A stretch of DNA of 37,301 bases from positions 1-37,301 of the forward strand of contig CAYPJR010000003.1 in assembly GCA_964411115.1 (NCBI GenBank), written 5' to 3'. The notes below the pieces were generated by a model. It was not told where the DNA came from, ran no database searches, and saw nothing but the letters and a program-made list of their open reading frames with translations. Positions 9,182-19,196 of this stretch are shown here, piece after piece. Source of the stretch: an uncultured Candidatus Bathyarchaeia archaeon. GTDB lineage: Archaea > Thermoproteota > Bathyarchaeia > Bathyarchaeales > DTEX01. Both the position numbers and the translations under genes were made by a program. Positions within the stretch are counted from its first letter, which is position 1. Each line of letters begins with the position of its first letter.

Positions 9182-12004
9182 TTAAAGCTCGATGGTTATA
9201 TAGTGAAGCTCAATTACTCCTTCAATTGATACCATAATCCCAATATTCATTTTTCCATCAGCCCTCCACATAAATATTCTTGAAGCCTGATATTCCCCGC
9301 ATTTCTCCAGAAACTCCATAATTAAATTTTGAACTTTAACCCAATCCGCCTCAGAAGTAAACTTGACGCTGCCCTCAATGAATGATACATGTGGGTTGAG
9401 ACTTTCAGGCTTTAAAACCTTGAACCCTGCCTCCTCAATGATTCTAACCAGCCTAGCGATCCTCTCCTCTTCGCTTAATCCCGGCGTTGGAGGAAACTCG
9501 ACGCCTGCGATCCTAATCAAGAATCCTCTAAAGCTATCCTCAACTGTGGAACCTAAGCCGACATAGTATTCGCCGGTGAAGTCTGCACCTATAGTTGCAA
9601 TCGTCCCGATCTCAGTGACAACCCCGCCTCCCGGCGCTGTATAAACAGGTATGAAGAAGACATCGTATCCGCCGATTCTATAAAAGATCTGGTTTCCAAT
9701 ACGCGGGTTTCTTAGGAGGGTCTTCAGCGTTGCGAAGCTCGGGTTCCTTTCTAAAGCCTCATTTATCGCGGATGGTCCGAGTAGCTTTTTCTCCGCTCCC
9801 AGCGGCACTTTATAGAAGATCATTTCGCCAGTGTAGGGATAATCGTTTCTAACAATGATGTAGCCGGCGAGGTTTTCCCCTAATGCTCCCCGCAACTCTA
9901 GGGATAATAGTCCCACAAACTCGGGCTTCTCAAATCCATGCGGCTGAGCGATAATATAGTACGTGTCTATGCCATCAGGCACCTTATAAAATTCCTTGGC
10001 AGCAATAAATGCGGATGGCTCTGTTACGTGAAATATGTTGTACATAGAAACCCTCCACTCAAAGAGTTCCTCAGGGTATCTCAGCTGCGTCTTCAGCCAC
10101 TCCGGAACCTCCGTAGATATATATTCAGCGTAGACCGTTTTGAAAAGTTGGCTGAAGAAGTCGCTTCCAGTGATTATTAAATGTATATCTCCATGGTAAA
10201 CATTTATTAAAGCGTATCCAACAAGCCTCCCAAAGGGGTTCCCATCACTCCAGGGCACATTTTCAGCGTTCAGAAAAACCATGAGGGGCATTGCCCAGAA
10301 TGTTTGTTCACCATCGGTTACAGGCCATATGTCTATTCGCTGCCCTCTAATCTCATATTTAAAGTAGGGAAAAAGCAGCTTCATACGTTCATGAATGTCC
10401 CTGTATCTAATGATATGCATTGTTGTTGTGGGATAAGAGAACATAAAGTTAGGTTCAAAAATCCAGCTTAATGGCGGCGGAACATCTATCCCGCCTCTGC
10501 CATCATAAAAGTAGCCTCCAATTTCATCGCTAGAGGTTCTCTCAGCCGGATAAGCGATCCAAGTTTCCTGGAAAAGCCCGCCTTCACCATAATAGATTCT
10601 TCTTTGAGGAAAGAATTTAGTAGCTTCCACTATCCTTCCATTATGAGCGTCAAGCATGAGAAAACCATTAGGCACATGCGTGTACACGAAATGTAACGCG
10701 TACCATCTGTCTTCAGGCCGAACCGTCTGAGGCGCAATCAAGTCCATTGAGGCGCTCCAGTAAAGGGTGTCATTGAAGCGCAAAATATCTGCGTCGGAGA
10801 AGTTTATGTACGGTATTAAACCTATCTCCGGCCTAAGCTTGTCGAACGAAGCCTGCTGATCCCAGAGGCGCACCCTCTCCAGGAGTCCCCTATTCTGTAT
10901 AATGAAAGCATCGATCTGATCGGGAGAAATAGATGTTGAACCAAATTCATACGGGATCTCCCTGATATTTTCAAGGTCGGCGAGATGCTGATTCACAGAG
11001 ATCAGCTGAGCAATATATGGGCCGAGCATATCTAGCTTTCTAACGTCTGCAATGCTATTATTAAGTAAAATTGCTGATGCCATAACCAGGCTGATCGCGG
11101 CTAAAACTGCTAAGCGGAGATAAATCTCTCGGCGGCTGAAATGAACCTCAGGTTTTCTCCAATCCGCTATTGCGAAGGCGATAAAAGCGGCGCTGATGGA
11201 GAGAAATCCCAAAATCAGGTATTTAGTATTATAATCTATGAAAGATGCAAAGAACATGGTGAACATATACCATAGGGTGAAGACCGCTACTAGCATCTGC
11301 ATGGTCGGTATGAACCTTCTTAAACTGGGCGTCTCTAGATTCCATAGATACGCAGCAACGAAGGGCACAATTATCCGAATAATATGTGTTAATGCTACCA
11401 GAAGCGCAAGGCGCAGCCATAAAGATCTAAGTAAAGGCGGAATTAACAATGTTAAAACTGGTATTAAAGGGGAAACCTTTAATTCAGCGTAGGATAAATC
11501 GATCGGCGGCGTTATAAAGGGGAGGCTGAAGATTTGAGGAAGCATCTCAACGCCTGAGCTCCAGCCGCGCATGATTGCATCTATGGCCATGCCGAACATG
11601 ATGTTAATGAAAAAGACCGATCCGATGAGGGATTTAGTGATTTGCCAAACGAAAAATTTTACGGGGGACATTTTAAAGCTTTCAAAGTCAATCCATACCG
11701 GAGAAATTCTCTCCATGTCTCCCCCTGAACGGATAAATTTAACTGTTAAATTGATGAGGTACCAGATTATGGATCTCCTATTTTTGAAGTCTAACCTAAA
11801 AAAGGTGAAGGATGCAAGCGTGATCCCGCCTAATAAGCCGAAATATATAGGTTTTAAGAATAAATCTCCGAATTCTTGAACGTTAAGCCAGAAAACCACG
11901 ATTTCACGGCTGAGAAAAAGAATTAGGACAACAATGATGATTGCTAGGGTCAAAAGCGCCCAGCGGATTTGACGCGTTCCGGAGCCTCTCTCAACACCAC
12001 TCAT
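9182..12004 (-). CDS. UPF0182 family membrane protein
   Basis: Multi-TM N-terminal third, RLWD, HFVYTH..GF, RIYYGE, RYPEELF, YYII and LLGP motifs. Start may be 12019. Confidence 0.85.
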   Translation of the reverse strand: MSGVERGSGTRQIRWALLTLAIIIVVLILFLSREIVVFWLNVQEFGDLFLKPIYFGLLGGITLASFTFFRLDFKNRRSIIWYLINLTVKFIRSGGDMERISPVWIDFESFKMSPVKFFVWQITKSLIGSVFFINIMFGMAIDAIMRGWSSGVEMLPQIFSLPFITPPIDLSYAELKVSPLIPVLTLLIPPLLRSLWLRLALLVALTHIIRIIVPFVAAYLWNLETPSLRRFIPTMQMLVAVFTLWYMFTMFFASFIDYNTKYLILGFLSISAAFIAFAIADWRKPEVHFSRREIYLRLAVLAAISLVMASAILLNNSIADVRKLDMLGPYIAQLISVNQHLADLENIREIPYEFGSTSISPDQIDAFIIQNRGLLERVRLWDQQASFDKLRPEIGLIPYINFSDADILRFNDTLYWSASMDLIAPQTVRPEDRWYALHFVYTHVPNGFLMLDAHNGRIVEATKFFPQRRIYYGEGGLFQETWIAYPAERTSSDEIGGYFYDGRGGIDVPPPLSWIFEPNFMFSYPTTTMHIIRYRDIHERMKLLFPYFKYEIRGQRIDIWPVTDGEQTFWAMPLMVFLNAENVPWSDGNPFGRLVGYALINVYHGDIHLIITGSDFFSQLFKTVYAEYISTEVPEWLKTQLRYPEELFEWRVSMYNIFHVTEPSAFIAAKEFYKVPDGIDTYYIIAQPHGFEKPEFVGLLSLELRGALGENLAGYIIVRNDYPYTGEMIFYKVPLGAEKKLLGPSAINEALERNPSFATLKTLLRNPRIGNQIFYRIGGYDVFFIPVYTAPGGGVVTEIGTIATIGADFTGEYYVGLGSTVEDSFRGFLIRIAGVEFPPTPGLSEEERIARLVRIIEEAGFKVLKPESLNPHVSFIEGSVKFTSEADWVKVQNLIMEFLEKCGEYQASRIFMWRADGKMNIGIMVSIEGVIELHYITIEL

Positions 12005-12253
12005 GGTCAAACAATCCATGCGTTAAACTTTTAAAAGAGCCCGAATGCTCTAATCCATAATGGTCTTCATCTCAACTTAAACATTTCTACATTTTCCATT
12101 GCCTGGAGTAAAACGCAGCGCGCTGGCTCCGTAAGGTTTATTTTAACCCGGGCAATATAATAATTTCTTGGAGGAAAGCAGACCTGGAAATGTTAGCACT
12201 TAGGTACGTAGCAGCCGCTAATGTTTCCACTCTACCCCTTGGGGGTAGAGCCT

Positions 12254-12835
12254 ATGCGGAGGACACGAATAGCATTCATAGCTATCTTAAGCACTATGAG
12301 TTCTCTAGGGATGGGTCTGCTTGGCTCGATATATCCCATATTTGTTCTTAACCGTTTCTCCGCATCTCTGCTAGATGTGGGAATGCTGGTAACAATTTTC
12401 GGGCTTGTCTCAGCGTTCTTTAAGGCTCCGGCCGGTAAACTTGTCGATATGTATGGGAAGGAAAGGGTCTTCTTCGTCGGGGTTATATTGAGCGCCGCAG
12501 GCACCTTCGCCTATTTATTGGCTTTTGACATCATACATCTCTATCTCATAGAGTTCTTTTTTGGAATATCCTATGCGCTTCAAGGACCTTCACGCCTAGC
12601 ATTAATTATGGAGATAAGCGAGCAGGGTAAGAAGGGCTTAACGCTTGGAATTTTTGAATCCGCATATGATATCGCCGGGTCAATAGCCGCCCTAATCGCC
12701 GCGTTGATAGTGAGCTACTTAGGTTTTGAACCGTTATTCTTTTTATGTTCAGGATGTTATATGGCGACAGGAATTTTAATTTTAAAACTTGGCAAATTTA
12801 ATATTAGCAAGCCTCTTTCTTATTCACGGCAATAA
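12254..12835 (+). CDS. half-size (6-TM) MFS-fold transporter protein
   Basis: MFS motif A GKLVDMYGKE and six hydrophobic segments. ATG 12254 follows a GGGGG RBS-like tract. Confidence 0.75.
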   Translation: MRRTRIAFIAILSTMSSLGMGLLGSIYPIFVLNRFSASLLDVGMLVTIFGLVSAFFKAPAGKLVDMYGKERVFFVGVILSAAGTFAYLLAFDIIHLYLIEFFFGISYALQGPSRLALIMEISEQGKKGLTLGIFESAYDIAGSIAALIAALIVSYLGFEPLFFLCSGCYMATGILILKLGKFNISKPLSYSRQ

Positions 12836-12938
12836 TTTCTAAGCGTCGCGCCGATAAATATTTAGATATCGCCATCATTTAAATTCTCCAAAAATCATTA
12901 AAATAATAAATATTTAATTATTATTTGATGGTGATGTT

Positions 12939-13316
12939 ATGTCCAAAACAGATGAGGAAATATTGCAGGTTTTGAAGGAAATTAAGACGCTGCTGGAACC
13001 TAAACCATCTCCTCCACCGCCGCCACCGCCAAAAGGACTTTGGAGGGAATTCTTAGACTTCATATCGAAATATAAGGTTCTAGGCATGGCTGTAGCTTTC
13101 ATCCTTGGCTTATATTTAGGTGCTCTCGTTAAAGCCCTTGTTGATGATTTAATCATGCCGATAATAACATTGATCCTTCCAAATGTGGAGTGGGAGGTTC
13201 TAACGGTCGGTCCCTTCCGCATAGGACACTTTATAGGCGCTTTAATAACGTTCATCCTAGTAGCCTTTGTGGTTTTCCTAATAGTGAAAGCAACAAAAAG
13301 ATTGGGTATAGAGTGA
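12939..13316 (+). CDS. mscL: large-conductance mechanosensitive channel MscL family, atypical domain order
   Basis: EFLDF..Y.VLGMAVAFILG, LVDDLIMPII, GHFIGALITFILVAFVVFLIVK. GGTGA RBS upstream and a T-rich tract downstream. Confidence 0.9.
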   Translation: MSKTDEEILQVLKEIKTLLEPKPSPPPPPPPKGLWREFLDFISKYKVLGMAVAFILGLYLGALVKALVDDLIMPIITLILPNVEWEVLTVGPFRIGHFIGALITFILVAFVVFLIVKATKRLGIE

Positions 13317-13464
13317 TCCTTAAACTTGAAGACGCAAAATTGATTAGAAGATAATTTCTCTCCCTTTTCTTTTTTATTAGTTAAATTTGCTAGTCTCGTC
13401 TACCATTTAAGGCGGAGGATTTTAACCTTTAATAATTTCTTATTCTATAGGTTTTTAGGGAACG

Positions 13465-14088
13465 ATGCCGATGAATCAAGATGTTGTGTACTGGTTAGGC
13501 AGTTCGCTTTATTTAAATATCACTAACAGATGCTCTAATAATTGTTACTTCTGTTTTAGGCATTATTTAAGAGGTATAGCTGGTTTTTATTTGAAACTTA
13601 AGGAGGAACCTCACCCCAAGCTGATAATTGAGCAGTTAGAAAGATATATGCCTATGAGAAAATGGGAGGAAGTTGTATTTTGCGGCTTCGGCGAGCCAAC
13701 GATGAGGCTTGACTGCATACTTGAAGTTACAAGATGGATTAAAAGATATCATCCCGATATGAGGGTTAGATTGGACACTAACGGGCATGGTTATCTGCTT
13801 AACCCCGAAAGAAAAGTGGTGGAAGAGATTAGGGAAGCGGGGGTAGACGCTGTAACTGTAAGCCTAAATGGTCATGATGAGGAAACATATCAGCATGTTT
13901 GCAAACCATCCTTTAAGGATGCCTATAAAAGCGTATTATTTTTCATTGCGGAGGCGAAGAGGGCAAATTTAGAAATTGAGGTAACTGCCGTAAGAATACC
14001 CGAAATTGACATTTCAAGAATTCAGAATTTAGCGTTGCAGCTAGGCGTTAACTTTAGGGCTAGGGATTACATACCATGCTTCTATTGA
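13465..14088 (+). CDS. TatD-associated radical SAM family protein
   Basis: LYLNITNRCSNNCYFC (CxxxCxxC), EVVFCGFGEPT, RLDTNGHG, VSLN. Confidence 0.88.
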   Translation: MPMNQDVVYWLGSSLYLNITNRCSNNCYFCFRHYLRGIAGFYLKLKEEPHPKLIIEQLERYMPMRKWEEVVFCGFGEPTMRLDCILEVTRWIKRYHPDMRVRLDTNGHGYLLNPERKVVEEIREAGVDAVTVSLNGHDEETYQHVCKPSFKDAYKSVLFFIAEAKRANLEIEVTAVRIPEIDISRIQNLALQLGVNFRARDYIPCFY

Positions 14089-14111
14089 ACCTTAAATAAT
14101 CTTCTTCTCAT

Positions 14112-14807
14112 CTAATGTTTAAGGCTTTTTAACACTTCAAATATTTCCGCTAAACTATTTATTTCATACATTGCTTTAGCGTCAGGGGATTCAGGCTCCT
14201 CAGCGCGATGATCCCCTCTTCTAAGTCTAACGCTGATTAAGCCAAGCCTATTTGCGTAGGGCATCGTCCTATTAATTCGGCTGCTTACATAGATCGTTTC
14301 TTCCGGCTTAGCATTTAACTCCTTTAGGCATTTTTCAAACGGTCTGCTAGTTAATTCTATTGCTCCGCACTCCTCCGATATTACTACTGAATGGAACAAG
14401 TGATGCACACCTAACTGTATAAGTTTCTGCCACTCCTTAACAGCAATACCGTCTGAGACAACGCCCAGCTTATATTTTTGATCACGAAGTTTAATCAAAG
14501 TTGGGATAGTATCCGAGAACGGTTTTAAGTATGCCTGGCTTGTTTCACGATATGCGACAACCCCGGCGGCTATAACTCTTGGGTTCCATTTTAAACCTAG
14601 ATGTTCAAGGAGCTTGTCGAAATGCCTATTATAATGTGGACCATACTTGCTTACGACCTCCTCAAGCCTTCTATATCCAGTTTCTAAATCCGTCGGGAGC
14701 CCAGTTTCAATCATAGCCCTTATGGCGTTAAGTCTTGCCATCCTCATTTGAAGGGACGAATCATACAGCGTATCTTCAATATCGAATATTACCGCCTTAA
14801 TTCTCAT
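14112..14807 (-). CDS. HAD-superfamily hydrolase homologue (TIGR02253-like), catalytic motifs degenerate
   Basis: IKAVIFDIEDTLYD and AAGVVAY match the family. Motif III Lys and motif IV GD..D are replaced. Confidence 0.8.
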   Translation of the reverse strand: MRIKAVIFDIEDTLYDSSLQMRMARLNAIRAMIETGLPTDLETGYRRLEEVVSKYGPHYNRHFDKLLEHLGLKWNPRVIAAGVVAYRETSQAYLKPFSDTIPTLIKLRDQKYKLGVVSDGIAVKEWQKLIQLGVHHLFHSVVISEECGAIELTSRPFEKCLKELNAKPEETIYVSSRINRTMPYANRLGLISVRLRRGDHRAEEPESPDAKAMYEINSLAEIFEVLKSLKH

Positions 14808-14808
14808 A

Positions 14809-15921
14809 TCATTTCACCACCTTAACGAGTTTTTCAGGATTATCTGGATTTAAACCTCTAAAAACAGACACATAATACGTAAATAGCTGGATGGGGACAA
14901 TGAATAGAATTGGAGAGAAAATTTTAGAGAAACCTGCGGGTATAGAGATGAACCCGTCTGAGGCCTCCATTAATGGTCTGGAACCTTCAGTTTCTTCCAA
15001 AATCGATATAACGTTGGCGCCAAACCCTTTAAACCGCTTAGATAAATCAGCATACTCTTCAACCTCATCCGATGGGGAAATAAGAATCATTAATGTTTTC
15101 TCATCAACCAGCCTTATTGGTCCGTGAAGAAACTCTCGCGCAGCAAAACCCTCAGCGAAAACCATGCATGTTTCCTTAAGCTTTAATGCTGCCTCCAAAG
15201 CGGTGGCATAATTTGGCCCGCTGCCCAAAATAAACATTGGGTTTTTGTCCTTATATTTCTCAGCAGCCTCACGGATATTTTCCCTGGAGGACTTAAATAT
15301 TTTTTCAATGGCTTGAGGCACATTATAAAGCTCCCTCTTAACATTGTCAATTTTTGATTTTTGCTCTCTAAGCGCAGCTATCTCGAGGGAGAGCATGAAG
15401 ATAGCCATCAACTGCGTAACATACGTTTTTGTTGCCGGAACAGCTATTTCCCTGCCTGACTTAGGAGAAATAACGTAGTTTGCTAGGCTTGCTAATGTGC
15501 TTTCAGACGTGTTTGTTACTGCAAGCAGATCTATGCCTCTTTTCAAAGCGGCTTTAGCGGCGTTAACTACATCAGTGCTTTCGCCGGATTGGGATATAGC
15601 CATTAAAAGGGCTTTTCTTGTGACGACAGCCGGGATCCAGCGCTGAAATTCCGAGGCAGGTATTGTGCTTACTATCAAGTCTGTTAGGCTTGAAAGGGCG
15701 TATTGGCTTGCTAGTCCAGCATGATAGCTGGTTCCGCTGCCCGTTATGTACACTATGTCATATTTTTTAGCCTCAATTTCAAAGGCGACTTTCTTTATGT
15801 TCCCCTCTTCCTCAGAGATTGTCTTTCTAAGCGCGGATGGTTCCTCCAGAATCTCCCTTACCATATGATGGCAGTATTCTATGGTCGCCAGCTTTGTTTC
15901 ACCGGATGATTTGAGAATCAA
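14809..15921 (-). CDS. double-SIS sugar-phosphate isomerase/deaminase (GlmS isomerase-domain-like, no glutaminase domain)
   Basis: [51 protein letters not shown]. The true start may be CTG 15891. Confidence 0.88.
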   Translation of the reverse strand: MILKSSGETKLATIEYCHHMVREILEEPSALRKTISEEEGNIKKVAFEIEAKKYDIVYITGSGTSYHAGLASQYALSSLTDLIVSTIPASEFQRWIPAVVTRKALLMAISQSGESTDVVNAAKAALKRGIDLLAVTNTSESTLASLANYVISPKSGREIAVPATKTYVTQLMAIFMLSLEIAALREQKSKIDNVKRELYNVPQAIEKIFKSSRENIREAAEKYKDKNPMFILGSGPNYATALEAALKLKETCMVFAEGFAAREFLHGPIRLVDEKTLMILISPSDEVEEYADLSKRFKGFGANVISILEETEGSRPLMEASDGFISIPAGFSKIFSPILFIVPIQLFTYYVSVFRGLNPDNPEKLVKVVK

Positions 15922-16484
15922 CCATAATAAATCAGTTTCTCTTTCTCAAGTTTCTTCTGCAGGTTTTCCACAGCCTTATAGACATCTTCCTCCTTCTTGG
16001 CGCCTGTACAGACAAGTTTCCCGCTTGCAAAGAGAAGTATAACAACCTTCGGATAATCCATCCTATAAATTAATCCTGGAAACTGCTCCGGCTCATACAT
16101 TGTTTTACCCAGAGTGTATGCAGACTTCTCTAAGTCAATTATTCCGCCTAGATTAGCTGAGGCAACTATATTCTGTATTTTAAGCTCAGGCTTGCCAACT
16201 ATCACTATGCCGCTTCTCTTTAGCTCCTTAATAACCCTCATAACAGCTCTACGCGCTTCCTTCTCGGATTTCGCTCCGGTGCAAACCATCTTACCAGAAT
16301 TAAAGATTAAAGTTGCGGTTTTAGGTCTCTTAAGCCTGAAAACAAGCCCTGGAAACTGCTCCGGACGATATTCCACATTTGGGTAACCCTTCACCACAGC
16401 GTTTAAGTCTATTTTCTGATTTAACGTTGCAGATGCAACAACATTCTCTATTTTAACCTTTACTTGGCTTTGCGGTTGAGACAT
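15918..16484 (-). CDS. tbp: TATA-box-binding protein
   Basis: Two repeats of IENVVAS..YxPEQFPGL..R..LIF.SGK.VCTGAK. ATG 16484 follows a GGAGG RBS. Confidence 0.98.
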   Translation of the reverse strand: MSQPQSQVKVKIENVVASATLNQKIDLNAVVKGYPNVEYRPEQFPGLVFRLKRPKTATLIFNSGKMVCTGAKSEKEARRAVMRVIKELKRSGIVIVGKPELKIQNIVASANLGGIIDLEKSAYTLGKTMYEPEQFPGLIYRMDYPKVVILLFASGKLVCTGAKKEEDVYKAVENLQKKLEKEKLIYYG

Positions 16485-16570
16485 TTCGTATAAGCCTCCA
16501 TCAACCACGTAAATATAAGCATAATATACCTTAAAAATATTTATAAAGGCACATTTATATCTTTAATGGT

Positions 16571-17185
16571 TTAACTTGAGATCTTAAGCTTTTTCACATC
16601 ACCCTTATTTTTCTCATTTCTCCTCTTTAAAAAGTCCAGATTCTCAAATATTATAAACGCTATGAGAAGAACAATTATTATTGAAAGCCCAATCTCATTG
16701 CCTAAATAAATCTTAATGTATCCTAAATATGGTATCACGAAGATTACCTTTCCGATCAGATCCTTTTCAGAGATAATCCAGCTGTCCGGATATAGGTTGT
16801 TGTCCCCTTTCGTTCTAAAATACCAGAGGCCGCCTCTTTCATATTTTTCTATGGCGCGGTGGACAACAAATTCGCTGGGACTATAGGGATGTCTGAAAAC
16901 TATTATGTCGCCATTTTTCGGGTCAGCGTTTACGCTTAAACCGCTCAGCCCGCCCTGAACAATAAGCAGATCGCCTACTTTCAACGTTGGATACATACTG
17001 TTGGATATCGGTGTTTGTAGCGGATAGGGGGTTCTTAAGACTAGTATAAGAACCCTTTGGAAAGCGAATGTTCCCAACACTAATATGAAAAGCATAAAGA
17101 TTGATCTAAGCAATCCATTATTCCATAAATCCTTAAGTTTTCCCATTAACGTGCTGTCAACGCCTTCTTTATTTCCCAATTTCAA
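16571..17185 (-). CDS. signal peptidase I, archaeal/ER (Sec11) type
   Basis: SNSMYPTL..GDL, GDIIVF, VVHR, TKGDNN, IPYLG, with flanking TM helices. Confidence 0.92.
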   Translation of the reverse strand: MKLGNKEGVDSTLMGKLKDLWNNGLLRSIFMLFILVLGTFAFQRVLILVLRTPYPLQTPISNSMYPTLKVGDLLIVQGGLSGLSVNADPKNGDIIVFRHPYSPSEFVVHRAIEKYERGGLWYFRTKGDNNLYPDSWIISEKDLIGKVIFVIPYLGYIKIYLGNEIGLSIIIVLLIAFIIFENLDFLKRRNEKNKGDVKKLKISS

Positions 17186-17258
17186 GCGCTCCGTAACATG
17201 TTATTAACAGCATCCAAGGATATATCAATTTTCCTTACATGAGAATTGCTGCGGTCAA

Positions 17259-18035
17259 CTATTCAATTATGGTTTTTCTTGCAAAAGTTATGTAGCCAGT
17301 ATGCCCAGTCATCAAGGTTTCCGGTCTAGTTTTACCCTTTTCAGCGCGGATTTTTCTAACGAGGCATTCAAATGTTTCTATATTTACAAAATTGTTTGCC
17401 TTAAGCTCCTCAACGGTTTTCACAGACTGATCAATCGTTGGGCTGAACGATATGAACGCTCCGCTTCCCTTTAAGGCTTTATAGGCGTGGGGCACAATAA
17501 GCCATGGTGTAGCCATGTCCAAAACGACTGCGTCAACATCCGTCTCATCTATCCCTTGGGTTATATCCCTATTCTTTAACTCAACGTAGTCTAGAACGCC
17601 GGCTCTTTCTAAATTCTTACGTGCAATATCTAAAAGTTCACCCCTGATCTCATAACTGTAAACTCTGCCTGAGGGCTTCACATAGCTTGCTAAAGCAATT
17701 GTTAATGCGCCTGTTCCCGTTCCAGCTTCAACAACTCTGCTTCCAGGCATTATATTGCCGAAGAGTATTATGAGCGCGATATCTTTTGGGTATATTATCT
17801 GAGTCCCCCTGGACGTTTTGAAGATGTGGTCTCTTATGCTTGGCTTAAACGCGATAAACTCTGTTCCCATGCTGCTCTTCAAATGGGCGCCGAACCTCTT
17901 ACCTATAAGATCGCCGACATTTATGAAGCCCTTATGGGTATGAAGAACCTTCCCGCTCTCAACCCTAACCATGTAGCTTCTCTTATCATCCAGGTAGAGA
18001 AGAACGTGGTCGCCCTCTCTAATTTCCTCAACCAA
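17259..18035 (-). CDS. trmI: tRNA (adenine-N1)-methyltransferase
   Basis: THKG, R.TQIIYPKD, EAGTGTG, YEIR, LDMATPW, FSPT, TRP...M.GHTGY. Confidence 0.93.
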   Translation of the reverse strand: MVEEIREGDHVLLYLDDKRSYMVRVESGKVLHTHKGFINVGDLIGKRFGAHLKSSMGTEFIAFKPSIRDHIFKTSRGTQIIYPKDIALIILFGNIMPGSRVVEAGTGTGALTIALASYVKPSGRVYSYEIRGELLDIARKNLERAGVLDYVELKNRDITQGIDETDVDAVVLDMATPWLIVPHAYKALKGSGAFISFSPTIDQSVKTVEELKANNFVNIETFECLVRKIRAEKGKTRPETLMTGHTGYITFARKTIIE

Positions 18036-18128
18036 TCCGGATCACTTTCCGAAAACGCCAAATCGCGCTATATATTCATAATGTAGCTGGTCACGTATAT
18101 CTTTCTCGCATATTAATGCGCCACTTTC

Positions 18129-18968
18129 TCATTTCATCTCTACAAGGTTCTGAAGCCCAACTTTCCTAACACGTACAATCCCCTGCTTCTCAAGCCTCCT
18201 TATAAGCCGCCACATGCTGGTCCTAGGTATATCCGGGAACCTTTCTCTCAACTCCGACTCAAGAACCCTTCCACCTCTCTCCTTAAGAAAGCGGAGAACC
18301 TCAACCTCCTCGCTTCTTAAATCCCTAATCCTGCTTCTCCGCCTAACCAGCAGAAGCATTGAAGCCGCTATTATGGATATTATTGCTGCCGCAAGCACAT
18401 AGTAATATGCTGAAGATCCCGCTGCTGAAGGAGGCTGCGAAGGCGGTGGAGAAGATGGGGGAGGCTGCGCTGGCAGTTCGTAGCTTATCTCCCAATCTCC
18501 GGGATAAAGATCGAGCCTTATCAGATCCCCCTCAACTGTTATGGCTGATGGAACCGCGCTTAGGTATATTATTGTTGCATTTTCAGGGAGCACAACTGAT
18601 AAGTCGAATGGGGCGCTGAGAGTGATTGTCCAAAGCCCAGCCTCCTTCGATGTTAAGTCATCAGCGTAATATTCAAGCGTAACTTTGGTTGCGCCCAAAC
18701 TGTATATAATCGCGTTGTTACCCTCAACCTCATAATCGAGCGGATCTCCAGCCTCATCAAGAACTAAAAGATCGCTACTTCGGGAAGATAAAAGTGGAAT
18801 AGTGATTAAAGCCTCCGTCTCATTCACTAACGCTACAATCTTAACATGGACAACCCCATCCCTATAAATGGTTAAAGTAGCCTCTTGAATAAAAAAGGCA
18901 TCGCCATACATAGATTGCGAAGCCAGAATGAGAAACACCATTAAAGCAACAGAGATACAGGACGACAT
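18129..18968 (-). CDS. membrane-tethered winged-helix protein (signal peptide, extracellular beta domain, Pro/Ser linker, TM, wHTH; COG2512-like)
   Basis: Hydrophobic N-terminus, QPPPSSPPPSQPPS linker, TM followed by RRRSR, then C-terminal EEVEVLRFLKERGGRVLESEL..IPRTSMWRLIRRLEKQGIV. Confidence 0.75.
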   Translation of the reverse strand: MSSCISVALMVFLILASQSMYGDAFFIQEATLTIYRDGVVHVKIVALVNETEALITIPLLSSRSSDLLVLDEAGDPLDYEVEGNNAIIYSLGATKVTLEYYADDLTSKEAGLWTITLSAPFDLSVVLPENATIIYLSAVPSAITVEGDLIRLDLYPGDWEISYELPAQPPPSSPPPSQPPSAAGSSAYYYVLAAAIISIIAASMLLLVRRRSRIRDLRSEEVEVLRFLKERGGRVLESELRERFPDIPRTSMWRLIRRLEKQGIVRVRKVGLQNLVEMK

Positions 18969-19123
18969 ATTTTTCCCAAACACATTATTGAGGAGATCAG
19001 ATTTAAAAATTATGAATTTATAAATTAAATTTAAGCGTAAGTTCAGGAAACCATGGACAAACAAATATATTTCCCCAATTTAACACAATAATACTTCGAT
19101 AATGAAAAGCGAAAATATTAAGA

Positions 19124-19196
19124 GCCCCGGTGGCTTAGCGGTTAGAGCAGCGGCCTTGTAAGCCGCGGGTCGCGGGTTCAAATCCCGCCCGGGGCT
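19124..19196 (+). tRNA. tRNA-Thr (anticodon UGU), intronless, CCA not encoded
   Basis: Acceptor GCCCCGG/CCGGGGC, anticodon arm GCGGC-CT-TGT-AA-GCCGC, T arm GCGGGTTCAAATCCCGC. Confidence 0.97.
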
